This document shows positions 8,624-20,375 of a stretch of 64,000 nt of DNA, in pieces. The notes under the pieces were generated by a model that searched no databases, was not told the origin of the DNA, and saw only the letters and a program-made list of their open reading frames with translations. The stretch spans positions 617,086,001-617,150,000 of the forward strand of contig NC_067400.1 in NCBI RefSeq assembly GCF_016432865.1. The letters are read 5' to 3'. Origin of the DNA: Antechinus flavipes. Lineage: Eukaryota. The translations under genes were made by a program, and so were the position numbers. Each line of letters begins with the position of its first letter. Positions within the stretch are counted from its first letter, which is position 1.

Positions 8624-11600
8624 ATGGCGGATGAAACTCTGTTCCAGCTGCTTCACACGCAGGTGGTGGCGGCCGCGTACGGCGCGGGCCGGGGCTCGGG
8701 AGATGAGGTGAGGCCAGGAGGGCCTCCCTATGTCCTCTCTGCCTTCTGTCCCGCTCCCTTCAGACTGCCCCTCTTTCCCTCCCTTTCTTCTCCCCTCTTC
8801 CTTTCCCCTTCCCTCTTCCTTTCCCCTTCCCTTCTTCCCTCTTCCTTTCCCTTTCCCTTCTTCCCTCTTCCTTTCCCCTTCCCTTTCCCCCTCTTCCTTT
8901 CCCTTTCCCTTCTTCCCTCTTCCTTTCCCCTTCCCTTTCCCCCTCTTCCTTTCCCCTTCCCTTCTCCCTTTCCCAGACCTCCCCCCCAACCATATCCTCG
9001 ACTCTTCTCCCTACTCCCCCCCCCGACCTTTTCCCAGAATTCCCGGTTCCCTGTCTCCCAGTCCCTCACGCTGCGTGTCTGAGCGGAAGCCCGCACACCT
9101 GTGATTAGAGAGCGCGTCCGCGGCCCGCAGCGTGCTCACCTTTTCCTGGGCGGCCCCGGGCACACAAGGTGGCAGCCATGTTGTGCAGTGGGCAGAGTTC
9201 GGGCCGGAGCTAGGACGGCCTGGGGGAACCTGCCTCAGTTTCCTCTCGGGTAAAACGAGCGGCAGGACGAGAGCCCCCCCCCCCCCCCCCACCGTGCGTG
9301 CTCTGGGGTCCCGGAGAAGTGGCCCCTCGCACATTGCCCATCCCGATTCAGGGGCAGCTTAACAAACGGAAATTTTGTGGGAGCCGCGAGCCCTCCAAGG
9401 GCAGCAGGGGGCCCAGAAAAGGCTGTGCGCCTCAGAAATGCGTCAGGGAATATCGGGCTGGGCTATCTTGCTGCCCCAAGGACTCGGACTTCTCTGGTGG
9501 GAAGGGCCGGCCGGAAGGCTGGGCAGGGAGACCCGCGGCCGGCCCCTCGCTGGGGAAGCCACGACTGGGGTACTTTTAGGGCACTCGGCATTTTGTTATT
9601 GTGGGGCAGCTCCCCGGGGCTCTGCCTTTGGTAGGGGAGGCTCCGGGGTCTTTCCCTGGATCACCGGCCAGCTTGGGTCCCAGAGGGAGCCGGGTCATGC
9701 TGTGGGCCCAGCGTAGACACAGGAATTCCAAGTCCTTTTGGGGGAGAGGGGGAAGCGAGGAGGGGTGAGCGAGAGGCACGTGGTGACACAATCAGCCTTG
9801 TGCTTAGGGTCTGATGGAAGGCAGCGTGGAGGAGGGGTCCAGGGGGAGAAGCTTCCATCCCCAGCCCCCGCACATAGTAGGCTTGCAGGTCTGTAAGGGC
9901 TGGCTAGGGAAGGGAAGACAGATCAGCGGAGGTGCTTAAGGATGGTGGAGATGGAGAAGGTTGGTAGGCAGTAGGGAAGGGGCCCCAGGCCTGCAGAAGG
10001 AAATGGAGGAAATTGCAGGAAGAAGGGCCACCTTGTCCTCGGTGCCTTGAGCAAAGGTGGGAGCACATGGGGTGCCCAGCTGGAGTCTGGGGGAGCTGGA
10101 AGGCCCCTGGGAGCATTCTGGCTCTTGCTTTCCCCTCTCAGGGAAGCTCCTTCAGAGAAGGGAGGGGTGCCCAGGGTTTGTCTGGGCCAGCCTAGAGAGC
10201 CAGGGCACACCCACCCATGGGAGGAGTGCTGCCTGATGGATGTGTCTCCTCTGCTTCCGGCCTGACCCACCTGTCTCACCTGCCCTTATTTCCTGTCCCC
10301 TTCTGTAATGTTCTCTGGAAGCAGGTTTCTTGGGGGCTTCGGGAGGCAGCCTTCGTTTCAGTTCAGAGTAATAATCCCCTCGAATGCAGCCACCTGTTAA
10401 AGTCCAGTCCTTTATTGTCTCCTTCCTTGGGCCTGGTTAGCTTTCTTAGAGGCCTCTCTCTCCGTGTTCCAAGAGCTCTTGCAGCTTGTCCTTTGCCTCT
10501 GCTTCTGCCAGCTTCAGCCTCTCGTCCTCCCTCCGAATCCAAACTTGTGACTCTCCCGAAGTCTCTAGTGGGCTTGTCCTTATATATGCTCTCTTAAAGG
10601 TGTGAACCAAGTACATAAGCATTGTTTCTATCATTTTCCAGGGACTTAGCACCTTGTTTCAAGTTCTGGCCCCTAACAGCTCCTGCTTTCTTTTGATTTA
10701 GAACGTAGGTGGTCATGACCTCCCTGACTTCTCAAGGAGATGAGAACCCCAAAAAAGGTGATCACACCTTCCCTGACTCCTCAAAAAAGGAGTGAAAACA
10801 CCATAAAAGAAGGTGATCACACCCTCCCTGACTGCTCAGGGAGATGAAAACACCAAAGGAAATGGGAAATCAAATCAGATTAGCGGATTTCTGAAGGGGC
10901 TAACTCTTAAAACAGGAATACATAAATCCATCAATATGGGAGGTATTACACATAATTACGTAAATTACATAAGCACATAGTAACACAACACAGGCTAATA
11001 GTGATGTAACAAATAATATGAATCAACATGAGGAGTTAGACATGTCCATAAGTTCTAGAAATAGTCCAAAAGGAATCTATTGTCCATTAGTTCACGTGCC
11101 AGGAATCCAATCATTCCTGCAAGCTTTGAAATCCTGCAATAGTCTCATCTTGTGCTAGGGAATCCAATGATTCCTGATGGTTTTCAAGTCCTGCAACAGT
11201 CTCATTATCAGCCATGCTCCTTCAGTGTCAAATGTTTCTTAGATCTCCTTTGTTTGGAGTTTTTTCTCTTTTTTTCTGTCTCTCCAGGTACTTATTGCTA
11301 CCCATCTGTTTCCTTCTCCGTCTGTAGGAATACAAGCAAACCCTCTCTCAGGCAGTTAACCTATCTAATTCCCTTCTATTTACCATTTTTGGGATTTCAC
11401 CTCATCATCTAGCAATTATATTGGAGCTGTTTGCACTGGACACTGCCCTGTTGGGTTTAACAAGCCTGTATTCTCCCTAATTGTAATCTCTAGCTGTTAT
11501 CTGATTGCTTTTCTATTGGTTGATCATGTAATCCTTTTCTGCCATGTGATTACTTTTAGGCTGATTGATCACATCAGAGTCCTGACCTTCTAAAGTCTCT

Positions 11601-14600
11601 CTGGGTGTAACCTCAGCTGCTATCATGCCCCACCTATCTTTTGCTTGATATCTTGGGGCTGGGCCCTGCCTCTCATTTCCCTGGGTCAATCTGCATTCAG
11701 AGGCCCAGTGAAAGCCTCGGTTACATTTTGGACATGGGGTTTTGGGTTTTCTCTCACCCTGTCTTCTCATTCTATCTCCATATCTACAATGGGCTCTCAA
11801 ATGTCCAACATTTCCACGATGAAAGCATCGATGAGTGTCTCTAGAAGTCCCTTGCCAAGAGGGACCCTGTCTTCCCATGTTCATCATAGTCTGGGCATAA
11901 TAAGCATTTGTGCCCACTGTGGCACAGCACCTTATGATCTCCTCTAAAGGAGCATCTTTGTCTAATCCCCATATAATTATTTTGCAAACCTCATTGGCGC
12001 TTTCCTTAGCTAGATGTCTGGTCATTATTTCTGTTGCTGCATTATCTCCAATGGTTCTTATTACAGCTGTTTGCAAACATCCCACAAAATCCGCAAAAGG
12101 TTCATTGGGACCTTGCTCTACTTTTGTGAAGGCTTCACCTCCATCTTTCTGTCCAGAGAACCCCAAGCTTTTATTGCAGCCTTAGAAATTTGCTCATGCA
12201 CTGTTATGTTATAATCAATCTGTTCTGAATCTCTCCATATTGACCTTCACTAACTAGTTGGTCAAAAGCTATTTGTACATTAACTCCTGTTTGCCTATTG
12301 TGTCTGGCTCGACTCCTACATAATTCACGATACTCCGAAAGCCACAACAAGTTTTGTCCAGGTTCTAAACATGTCCTCGCTATGGATTTCCAATCCAATG
12401 GAGTTAAGATTTCATAAGACAAATTATCCATTAACATCTTAACATAAGACGATGTAGCCCCATAAAGAGTGCAACCCTTTTTCAAATCCTTAATTTTTTC
12501 CAGATCAAAAGGAGTATATCTTCTTCCTTTTTGACCTCAAGAGTCAATCTCTTCAATCACAGGGTAAACATTTATAAAATCAGATACATCCTGTCCATTT
12601 TTTGCCTTAATGACTTTTCTAATCTTGTCACAGGCTGCTTCATAGGTGGTGCTGAATGTGTTTCTGCCTCTTCCCCTCCTCCTCCCTCCACTCATGAAAT
12701 AGGTCAGGGGAGAAGAAATGATCTAATTTCTCCAGTTGTAAATTCTTATCTGATTCTTCCTCCTTTTCACCTAGTTTAGTTGGCACCTCCCCTTCTTGCT
12801 TATGCTAACATTTAAATAATTTCCTAAAGCCAGTTATATTAAATTATATGTATTAAGTGTGTCTTTGGAAATTGAGTCAGGTCCATTATCATTATAGGAT
12901 TGACAAAGTTGCTCTCTTACTAATTTCCACTCGTTTGGATCCAATTCTTTTTCCTTAGAGAGCCAAGGAGATGTGTACTGTGCAGTTTCTAAAAGTTCAG
13001 TGATCTGCTCGCAAATTATAATCAAACCTTGGCTTTTCATAACCCTGACAATGCTCTCTGCACATTTTCCTTGAAGAGACACAGAAGGCTGTTTTCTACA
13101 CATCTGCCCCATTTCAGCTGAAATTCTACTTTAGCTCTTTAACAGTTCCTTTGTTGTACTTGCCCTAATTTCTGGGTCACAGATGAAGGTTCTTGGTCCC
13201 ACGTACAGGAGCCAAAATGTAACGTTCTTCTCTAAAATATAATGTTCTCTGAGAGCAGGTTTCTTGGGGGCTTCTGGAAGCAGCCTTCGTTTCAGTTCAA
13301 TGTAATAATCAGCCAGCAGTTAAAAGTCTCTTCCAAAATAGCCCGGTAGTTTTCTTAGAGGCCTCTCTCTTCTTGGCTCTGAGAGCTCTTGCCGCTAGTC
13401 CTTTGCCTCTGCTTCTGCCAGCTTCAGCTTCTGTTCCTCCCTCCGAATCCAAACTTGTGACTCTCCCAAAGTCTCTAGTGGGCTTGTCCTTATATATGCT
13501 CTCGTAAAGGTGTGAATTCTAACGTGTGAAGCAAGTACATAAGCATTGTCTCTATCAATTCCAGCGACTTAGCAGTGAAGAATGGGTGTTATGGGCCAGA
13601 ACTTGAAACAAGGTGCTAAGGGGGAGCCCGAGGTGGGGATGCCCGAACCCAGGCCCAGCAAGAGGGGCCTTCCCCAGGCTCTTTCCACTTCCCGTCAGTT
13701 GTTGGACTCCCCAAAGTACCCTGTGGCTCTGCAAGATCACCAGCTTTTCGGGGAGCTTTGCCTTGATGGTCTGAGCCACCTGCTCCTCCACAGCCCTTGG
13801 CCCAGGCCTGCCGTGGGCTCCTGCTGAGGGGTTCAGGTAGAAGGATGCCAGGGTCCCTGCTGAGAAAGGGCCAGGAGCCCCATCGTCCCCTCTGGCTTAC
13901 TGGTAGACCTTTGGGGGCCCCGAGGCTGGGGCTTATGGGCAGATCCTGACTTCCATGTGGGCTTCTCTGGCTCACTGTGTGACCTTGGCCACCTCCCTGC
14001 CCTCTCTGGCACTTTGACGGGTGGAATTAAAGGTGCCTGCGGGCTCTTCCAGCTCCGAGCCCTTTCCTTTCCTGCCAGTCACTCATTCCTGATTTTTCCT
14101 TTGTGGAGGGAAGGGAAGTGCCTGGAATTGGTGGCCCAAAGTCCCCTTTCCCCTTCCTCTCCTAGGGGCTGAGGGCAGGCTTGACGGTCCTGGAGGGCAT
14201 GGGCTTCCGCGTGGGCCAGGGCCTGGCCGAGAGGTGAGAGCCAGGGTTCCGGCCCCCAGGGGACATGGGGGGCTCAGGTCCTTCTCCATGGGAGGACCAC
14301 CTGGGGGCCTTCAAGGGTCCTGGGAGCCAGCAGGGGTGAGGGCGGTAGGTCTTGCCCCAATCCCAGGCATTCTCAGACCTCGGGCCCTGGCCTCCCTCCT
14401 CCCATTCGCTCCCCGGCTCCCCCGGCTGTCCGGCCCTCTGCAGCCCAGGGTCAGAGCCCGTGTTTCTCTCAGGCTGCCCCGAGGGGCCCCGGCCTTCCGA
14501 GAGGAGCTGGACACCATCAAGTTCCTCTGCAGGGACCTGTGGGGAGCCGTGTTCGGGAAGCAGACGGACAACCTCAGGACCAACCACCAGGTGGGTGATG

Positions 14601-16303
14601 GAGAAGCCCGGCCACGTGGCCCGGCCTCCCTCCCTCCCCTGTGCTAGGAGTCTTGGCTTCCCTTTCCTTGGGGGCCCGGTCAGAGAGAGTAGCCAGTCAG
14701 GAAGAACAGAGGTCACACTTGGGGCAAGGCTCTTCCCATCTGTAAAATGGGAACGATAGCCTCCACCTCCCAAGGTGGTTGTGAAGCTCAATGAGATATT
14801 AGTAAAGAGCTTGGTCCGGCACACAGTAGGGGCTTAATAAATACTAGTGTTTCCTCTCTCCTTCCTCTCCCAGTTTCCCCTTTGTAAAATCAGGATAGTA
14901 ACCCCTTCCAAAACTGAGATCAGGCCCCACCTGCCCTGCCCCCAGAACGGGCCCCCCACCGCTCCTGGCCCGCAGTTCATCCCGCAGAGCACCCTGAGCA
15001 CCCTGGGGGCGGAGCCAGGCCCGTGCTGGACCCCCCCCCCCCCCCCCCGAGATCAGGCCGGAGCTCCTGTTTTGTCAGGAAAGGGACAGAAACTGGGGAC
15101 GGAGCAGTTGGAGCCTCAGAGTGCCGGATGTGAGCTTTCCCCAGAGAGCCCGAGGTGGGGCACTTAGCAGCAGCCTCTGTGGACCAGGAGCACCCCTTAA
15201 AAGATGGTGGCCTCTCAGGCGTGTTCCCCCAGCACGGGGAGGGGGCCCCGGTCACACAGTGGCTGAGGCCAGCAGGCCCGAGGCTTGCAGCTGTCTGCTC
15301 AGTTTGTGTTGGCAGTCAGTTGGCGGGGGGCTGGCTGTGGGGGGAGCCCGCAGCCGGACGCCACAGGAGAGGAAGGGCCACCCCCGCCAAGCGGCCTTTG
15401 CCCTGCCCGGGGGCTCTCGGGGGCGCCCCTCACGAAGCCTGGTTATTGCTGAGTGTGGGGGGGGGGCGGGGAGGGCAGGCAGAGGCCCCCCTCACGGGCA
15501 CTCCCCCCTTCTAGGGCACCTACATCCTGCAGGACAACAACTTCTCCTTCCTGACCCAGATGGCCTGGGGCCAGCAGTATCTGGAGGAAGCCCCCAAGGT
15601 ACTGGGCGGTGACCAGCCTCCCTGCTCTGCCCCTGGGCTCCCGGGGAGGTCTCCCCCAGCTCCGACTCTCTGAGTGCCCGAGCCTCGGGGGTGCTCGGCC
15701 CTCCTCCCAGGCGGGCCCCATCAGGGTTCAGGGACTAGCCCCCTTTGTCCTGGGCTCCGGGAGGCCCCTGAGCCCCGTCTTTCTCCTCCAGTTTCTTGCC
15801 TTCACCTGTGGTCTTCTCCGGGGGACCCTCAGCTCCCTGGGCATCGAGAGCTCTGTCACAGCCAGCGTGACCTCCCTGCCTGCCTGTGAGTCCCCGAGGG
15901 TCAGGGCAGGGAGGTAGGAGGGCGAGTCAGCGGCCCGTGACGGGCCGGGCTCCCAGGGCCGGGTGCCCGCCTTCCAGATCTCGGCCGGGCTGTGCTGGGG
16001 CCGCCTTTGGCTTTCTCCACCTCCCAGAAGGGTGAGCGTGACTTTGGCCCAGGCCCCCCCCCGTGGCCATGGCCCCCGCACAGCTGGTGCAGTGGGAGCC
16101 GTCGGGCCCAGAGGACCAGGACCCAGAGAGGCTCAGGCCCACGGGGGCCATTTGCAGGCGCACCTTGTCCTGTGCCATCCTGTCTGGCCCCGGGGCCGGC
16201 CAAAGCCCCGCTGCTGGTGCCTCGGCCCAGCAGTGCTCCCCCTCCTTACCGGCGGCCCTTCCTTGTTCTAGGCAAGTTCCAGGTGGTGATCCAGAAGGCT
16301 TGA
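8624..16303 (+). CDS. TRAPPC6A: Trafficking protein particle complex subunit 6A (159 aa)
   Basis: join 8624-8707, 14166-14233, 14473-14590, 15515-15598, 15792-15885, 16272-16303 (84/68/118/84/94/32 nt = 480). MADETLFQLLH..LEGMGFRVGQGLAER..FREELDTIKFLCRDLW..LRTNHQGTYILQDN..FLAFTCGLLRG..CKFQVVIQKA. Synteny with BLOC1S3 supports 6A over 6B. Confidence 0.96.
8768..8974. repeat. Uninterrupted about 207-bp homopyrimidine tract
   Basis: Only C and T between 8768 and 8974, built of TTCCC/CTCTT units. Confidence 0.9.
10304..10678 (-). mobile_element. 3' LTR of the provirus
   Basis: TG...CA; TATA (CATATATAAG on minus) near 10580; AATAAA on minus at 10411-10416. Confidence 0.9.
11513..13112 (-). pseudogene. 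gag: Disrupted retroviral gag (MA-CA-NC)
   Basis: ORF pieces 13112-12834 (MGQ.. matrix), 12485-12204 (capsid N-terminus), 12166-11513 (QGPNEPFADFV major homology region; knuckles CFHRGNVGHLRAHC [second Cys lost] and CPKCNRGFHWASEC); broken by stops/frameshifts. Confidence 0.9.
13218..13613 (-). mobile_element. 5' LTR of the provirus (terminal segment inverted)
   Basis: Aligns to 10304-10678. Its last 27 bp lie reverse-complemented at 13587-13613. Confidence 0.88.
14711..14845 (+). mobile_element. MIR/CORE SINE fragment
   Basis: CCCATCTGTAAAATGGG...GGTTGTGAAGCTCAATGAGATA core. Confidence 0.65.
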
Positions 16304-16420
16304 GGGCCCCAGGCCCCAGCACTGGCCCTTCTGCGAAGGCTGGCCCGGCCCAGGCCCTCCGGAGCGGGGGTCAGGGCCAGCGGGAGCACGGGGTCCCCTT
16401 GTTGCTCAGGGAGAGTGCTT

Positions 16421-16426
16421 AATACA
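16421..16426 (+). terminator. Probable TRAPPC6A polyA signal (AATACA variant)
   Basis: About 120 nt after the stop codon; no AATAAA nearer. Confidence 0.4.
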
Positions 16427-19400
16427 AACTGACCACAAGCAAGGACTGGGTGAGGCAGCGTGATCGTGCCCGGGACACGCACGAGAAAAGGGAGCTTCTG
16501 GGGGAAGCGGCTGCCTCGGGACCTTGGATCGCTCCTCCTGGGCCACTCAGCTTCGAGGAGCTTGGCGTCTCGGGTCCGGGTGGGCTTGTATTTGGGGGGC
16601 AGTCGTCCCTCGTACGGTCCTTGACCAGGTCTTCAGGAACCCGCCGCCCAGTCTGTTGTGGCAGCTCGGATTTTTAGAGGTTTTCTTCCCAGAGGGCCGC
16701 AGAGCTCCCGCCCCGTGCCTGTGCTTCTCCTTGTGCCCCCCAGACCTAGGCTCCTTCCCCGGGGCAGGCCTCCCAGTGCCGGAAGACCCTGAGGCACCGG
16801 CACTTTTCCCTCCAGGCCTCTCCCCTCATTGTGCTGGCGCAGGATGGTCTACAACCTCCCACCGTCTGGTCCCCAGCTTGTGGACATCTGCCCCTCTATG
16901 CCCTTCCTGCAGTGGGGGCCCAGAACGAATCCTGCTCCCCTTGTGGTGGGAACCCTGCAGGGGCCCGGGGGCGGGAGGGCACCCATTCAGGGTCATTCTG
17001 CAGGGTCCTAAGAAAGTCATGAGGGAGACTGGATCAGGCCCTGGGGGCCGCCTTCCCAAGGGGGCAGGAGTGGTGTGTGTCACTCCCCTCTAATAAAGCC
17101 CGTTCCTACACCCCAAGAGCCTCAGTTCTGCCTTTCTCTGCCCCCCCCTCGGTGCTCCTACGACGCGCTCTGTGCAGCCCAATAACGAGGAGACTCGGGA
17201 GAGCCTGGGGAGGGAGAGCTGGAAACTGGGCGGGGAGGGCCCCTTGGGTGTGGGCAGCGCCCTAATCCTTCCCCTGCACGCTCCCACTGACAATGGGCAC
17301 CCAGCCGAGGAAGCAACAAAAGGTCCGCGCCCACAGACACAATAGAGGCCACAGGTGTGCATCCAGAACAATGGGAGGGGGCCGCCCCGTCCCACGCCTG
17401 GCAATCGGGACCCACCAAGCTCAGGGACTGGGGTTTCTGCCCCCCAGGCTGAGCCCGCAGGGAGAGAGAACCGAGGCTCGCTGTGGGGTGGGGAGGCTTC
17501 CGGAGTACTCGAGTTCTTCTGGCATTCTTGGGAGGTAAATAATGGAGGCCGTACCCCAGCTTAGTCCCCGAGGAAATCGGCTCACAGAAGGGTGCAGGGC
17601 CTGGAGTGGGAACTCGGGTCCCGTCATCCCCCCATCCTGGATCGGGCCGGTTCAGATCAGCGCCACCAGCCCTAAGTGCCCAGCACGGGACCTCCCCGGA
17701 GGCTGTCCCGTCTGGCCGAGGGAGCCAGGGCCCAGTGTCACCATTGGGGTTTGCCATCACGACTGGATTCGGAGTCTATCATTAACAGAATTTAGAGCAG
17801 AAAGGAGCCGAGCCCTCTATTTACAAACGAGAAAGCTGCCTCTGGTGGAAGAGGGCTGTGCCCAAAGTCGCCCGGCTGGAGGGCCGGCAGGTGCCGTGCC
17901 GCGGGCAGGGGGAGGCCCTCAATCTGTCACTGTCCCCCAGAGGTGGGCATGAGTGAGGAAGAGTTTGCCCTGCCTTAGGGGGCCATGGCGCTGGCTGATC
18001 TAGCCAGGAGGGCCTGGGGCCGAGAACGCCCTCTGCTAACGTGGGAGCCGAGACCCTGCATGTCCCTCAACATGTTGGTGCCTTGGCAACATCTCCGTCT
18101 GGTCCAGAAGTGGGACCCGGTCCCGCAGGCCTTCCCAGCCCCAGAACAGCTCCGAGGAGCCCCCTGCTCTGGGCCAAGATGAAAAAAAGGCCTTGCCTCT
18201 CATGGGGGATACGATACCCCAAAGGCGGGTACCCAGCACCGGGCCCTGTGGGGCATCCAGGACCCTCCAGGCTGGGCAGGGGGACCCGGGGGAGCCCCAG
18301 GCCCGGTGATCTCCAGGGGAGTCCTGTGTTGTGCTCCCCCGGCCGCCCCACCCTGCTCCTCCCTCAGCGGTGCCGGGCTCCCGGGGTGGGAGGTGAGGGG
18401 GAGCGCCTCGGCTCAGGGAGGAATGCAGCCGTGCTGATGGAGAGATCTAGTATTGCTTATCTAGCCCTGCTGGGCAGGAACAGAGGTGGGTGTGGGGGGG
18501 CACAGTCAATCAGGGAAGTCTTCCCGAAGGAGGGGACCATCGAAGCCAGGTGCAAGTGGAGGTTGGGAAATGCCCTGGCGCAGGAACGGAGCCAAGGGGG
18601 GGAGCAGGGCGGGATGAACTCGAGGACCAGTGAGTCAGCCATTTTTGGCTCCCTGAGTCTGATGGGGGGTGTTTCAGAAGCCAGGGAGCAGGAGGGGGCT
18701 GGGTGAGGGGTCTCTGAGGTGCCAGGGGAGGACGAGGACTCTCAGCTTGCTGACTGCTGTCAAAGGGGAACGGACCGGCGTTTTGGGGAAGCTCCTGTCC
18801 AGGAGGGGGTCGGTCCAGCAGTTTCACTCACCCCTTTCCCCTTTTCCCCTCCAGCTCACCTGCCCTCCCCCTTCATCCCTGCTCCCTGACCGGGGCAGTC
18901 CCCATCACCCATTCAGTCAAAGTGAGAGCGAGGCAGGAAGGAGGGACAGGCTGGAGTGCCCACAGGTAAGGGCCAAGGGAGCGGGCAGCGTGCCACAGAC
19001 GGAGCCCAGTGGTCACCTTGGCGAATACAATTCGGAAGGGAAAGTGGGGCGGGGGGCAGGCGGCATGGCCTCCAAAACCCCATTTCTGCTTGCTGGGAGG
19101 GGGAAAGGAGGGCGCGGGGGTGAAGGCGACGGCCTGGGCCAGGATGCCGCCCCCTCCGCCAGGCTCAGGCAGCTGGGGAGACCCAAGTCACGTCTCACTG
19201 GGCGGTCCCCGGTCTGACCTGGCTTTCTCCCCCGGCCCCGTCTCCCCCTTCTGCAAAGGGAGATGGGATGGGGAGGCCTCCTGCAGCTCTGCGCCCTCCC
19301 TGCTCCCCCCGGCCCTCCCCCAGGCCTGGGCCCGGCTCTGTGGCCCCCGGGTCTCCCGGAGGAGCGCGCCGAGGCGGCCGGTCAGGGCCCATGCGTGGGC

Positions 19401-20375
19401 GTGCCCAGCAGGACTTGGCTTGGGGCAGGGGTGGCAAAAGGAACATCCCTTTAGCTGGTGAGGGCGGAGGTGGAGGCGGGAGGACCGGTTGGGCTGGGTT
19501 CTTTAAGGCTTCTCTGGTCCCAGCCACTCGGGCCAGTGGGGCCCAGGATGCCGCCAGCTCCGGAAGGGACCCGAGGGCGCTGCTGAAGCTGCCTCCGACC
19601 AGGTAGGGGGCACAAAGGGAGAGGGAAGGGGGCACGGGGCGGGGGGGGGAAGAACCGGGGGACGGGAGGGAAGAAGGGAGAGACAGAAAGGAAGAGGGAA
19701 GGGAGCAGGGGGACGGGAGGGAAGAAGGGAGAACGGGGGGATGGAAAGGAAAAGGGAACAAGGGGATGGAAAGGAAGAACCGAGGGATGGGAGGGAAGAA
19801 CGGGGACGGAAAGGAACAGGGAACAAGGGGAACGGGGCCAGAACAGGGAGGCAGAAAGACGAGGGAAGGGAGAATGGGAGTAGAAAGGAAGAGGAGGTGA
19901 TGGGGGCAGGTTCCCCTACCTTGCCCCCCTGTTTGCTTCGCACTGAACCCCACTTGCTCCTCCAGATCTGCCCCTTTTCCTCAAGCTGTCACTTCTCTGC
20001 CCCCGACTTGAGCTCTCACTCCCCAGACCTGCCCCTGCCCTGTCACTCACCGCCTAGAACTTCAGCCCGGCCCGAGCTCCCCGAGCTCATCCTCCGGGCT
20101 TCCTCCTCCTCCATCCTTAGCTGGCAATCGCTCTCCCCAACCTCCCTCAGCTTTAACTTTCTGGGGGACACACCTCAGGAAGCGTTTAGGACGCCCCCAA
20201 CCTGAGAGAGAGCCGGAGCCTTGTTTGGTTCAGGTCACCAGCGCATCTTTCCTCGCTACAGACAAGAAAAGGGGGTTGCTAAGGATCACAGAAGGGGGGG
20301 CCCTCACAGTGGAGGGGAGCGCGTCCCTCCTGAGCCTCTGCCCTCTCCTCCCCAGACCGGGCGCTGGACTTTCCC

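Larger units (their letters stand above)
10304..13613 (-). mobile_element. Endogenous retrovirus, betaretrovirus-like (ERV2), gag-only non-autonomous provirus
   Basis: Two related LTRs; Lys1,2-like PBS (TGGCTCCTGTACGTGGGAC on minus) next to 13218; PPT AAAAGAAAGCAGGAGC next to 10678; gag fragments; no pro/pol/env recognisable in the 2.5-kb interior. Confidence 0.92.

Noticed and set aside
8282-9104. Several Lys/Gly/Glu- or Pro/Phe-rich ORFs
   Set aside because: Products of the homopyrimidine tract.
10446-10652. Helical-looking ORF inside the 3' LTR (RREDERLKLAEAEAKDKLQELL)
   Set aside because: The equivalent frame in the 5' LTR has a TAG, and there is no known homologue.
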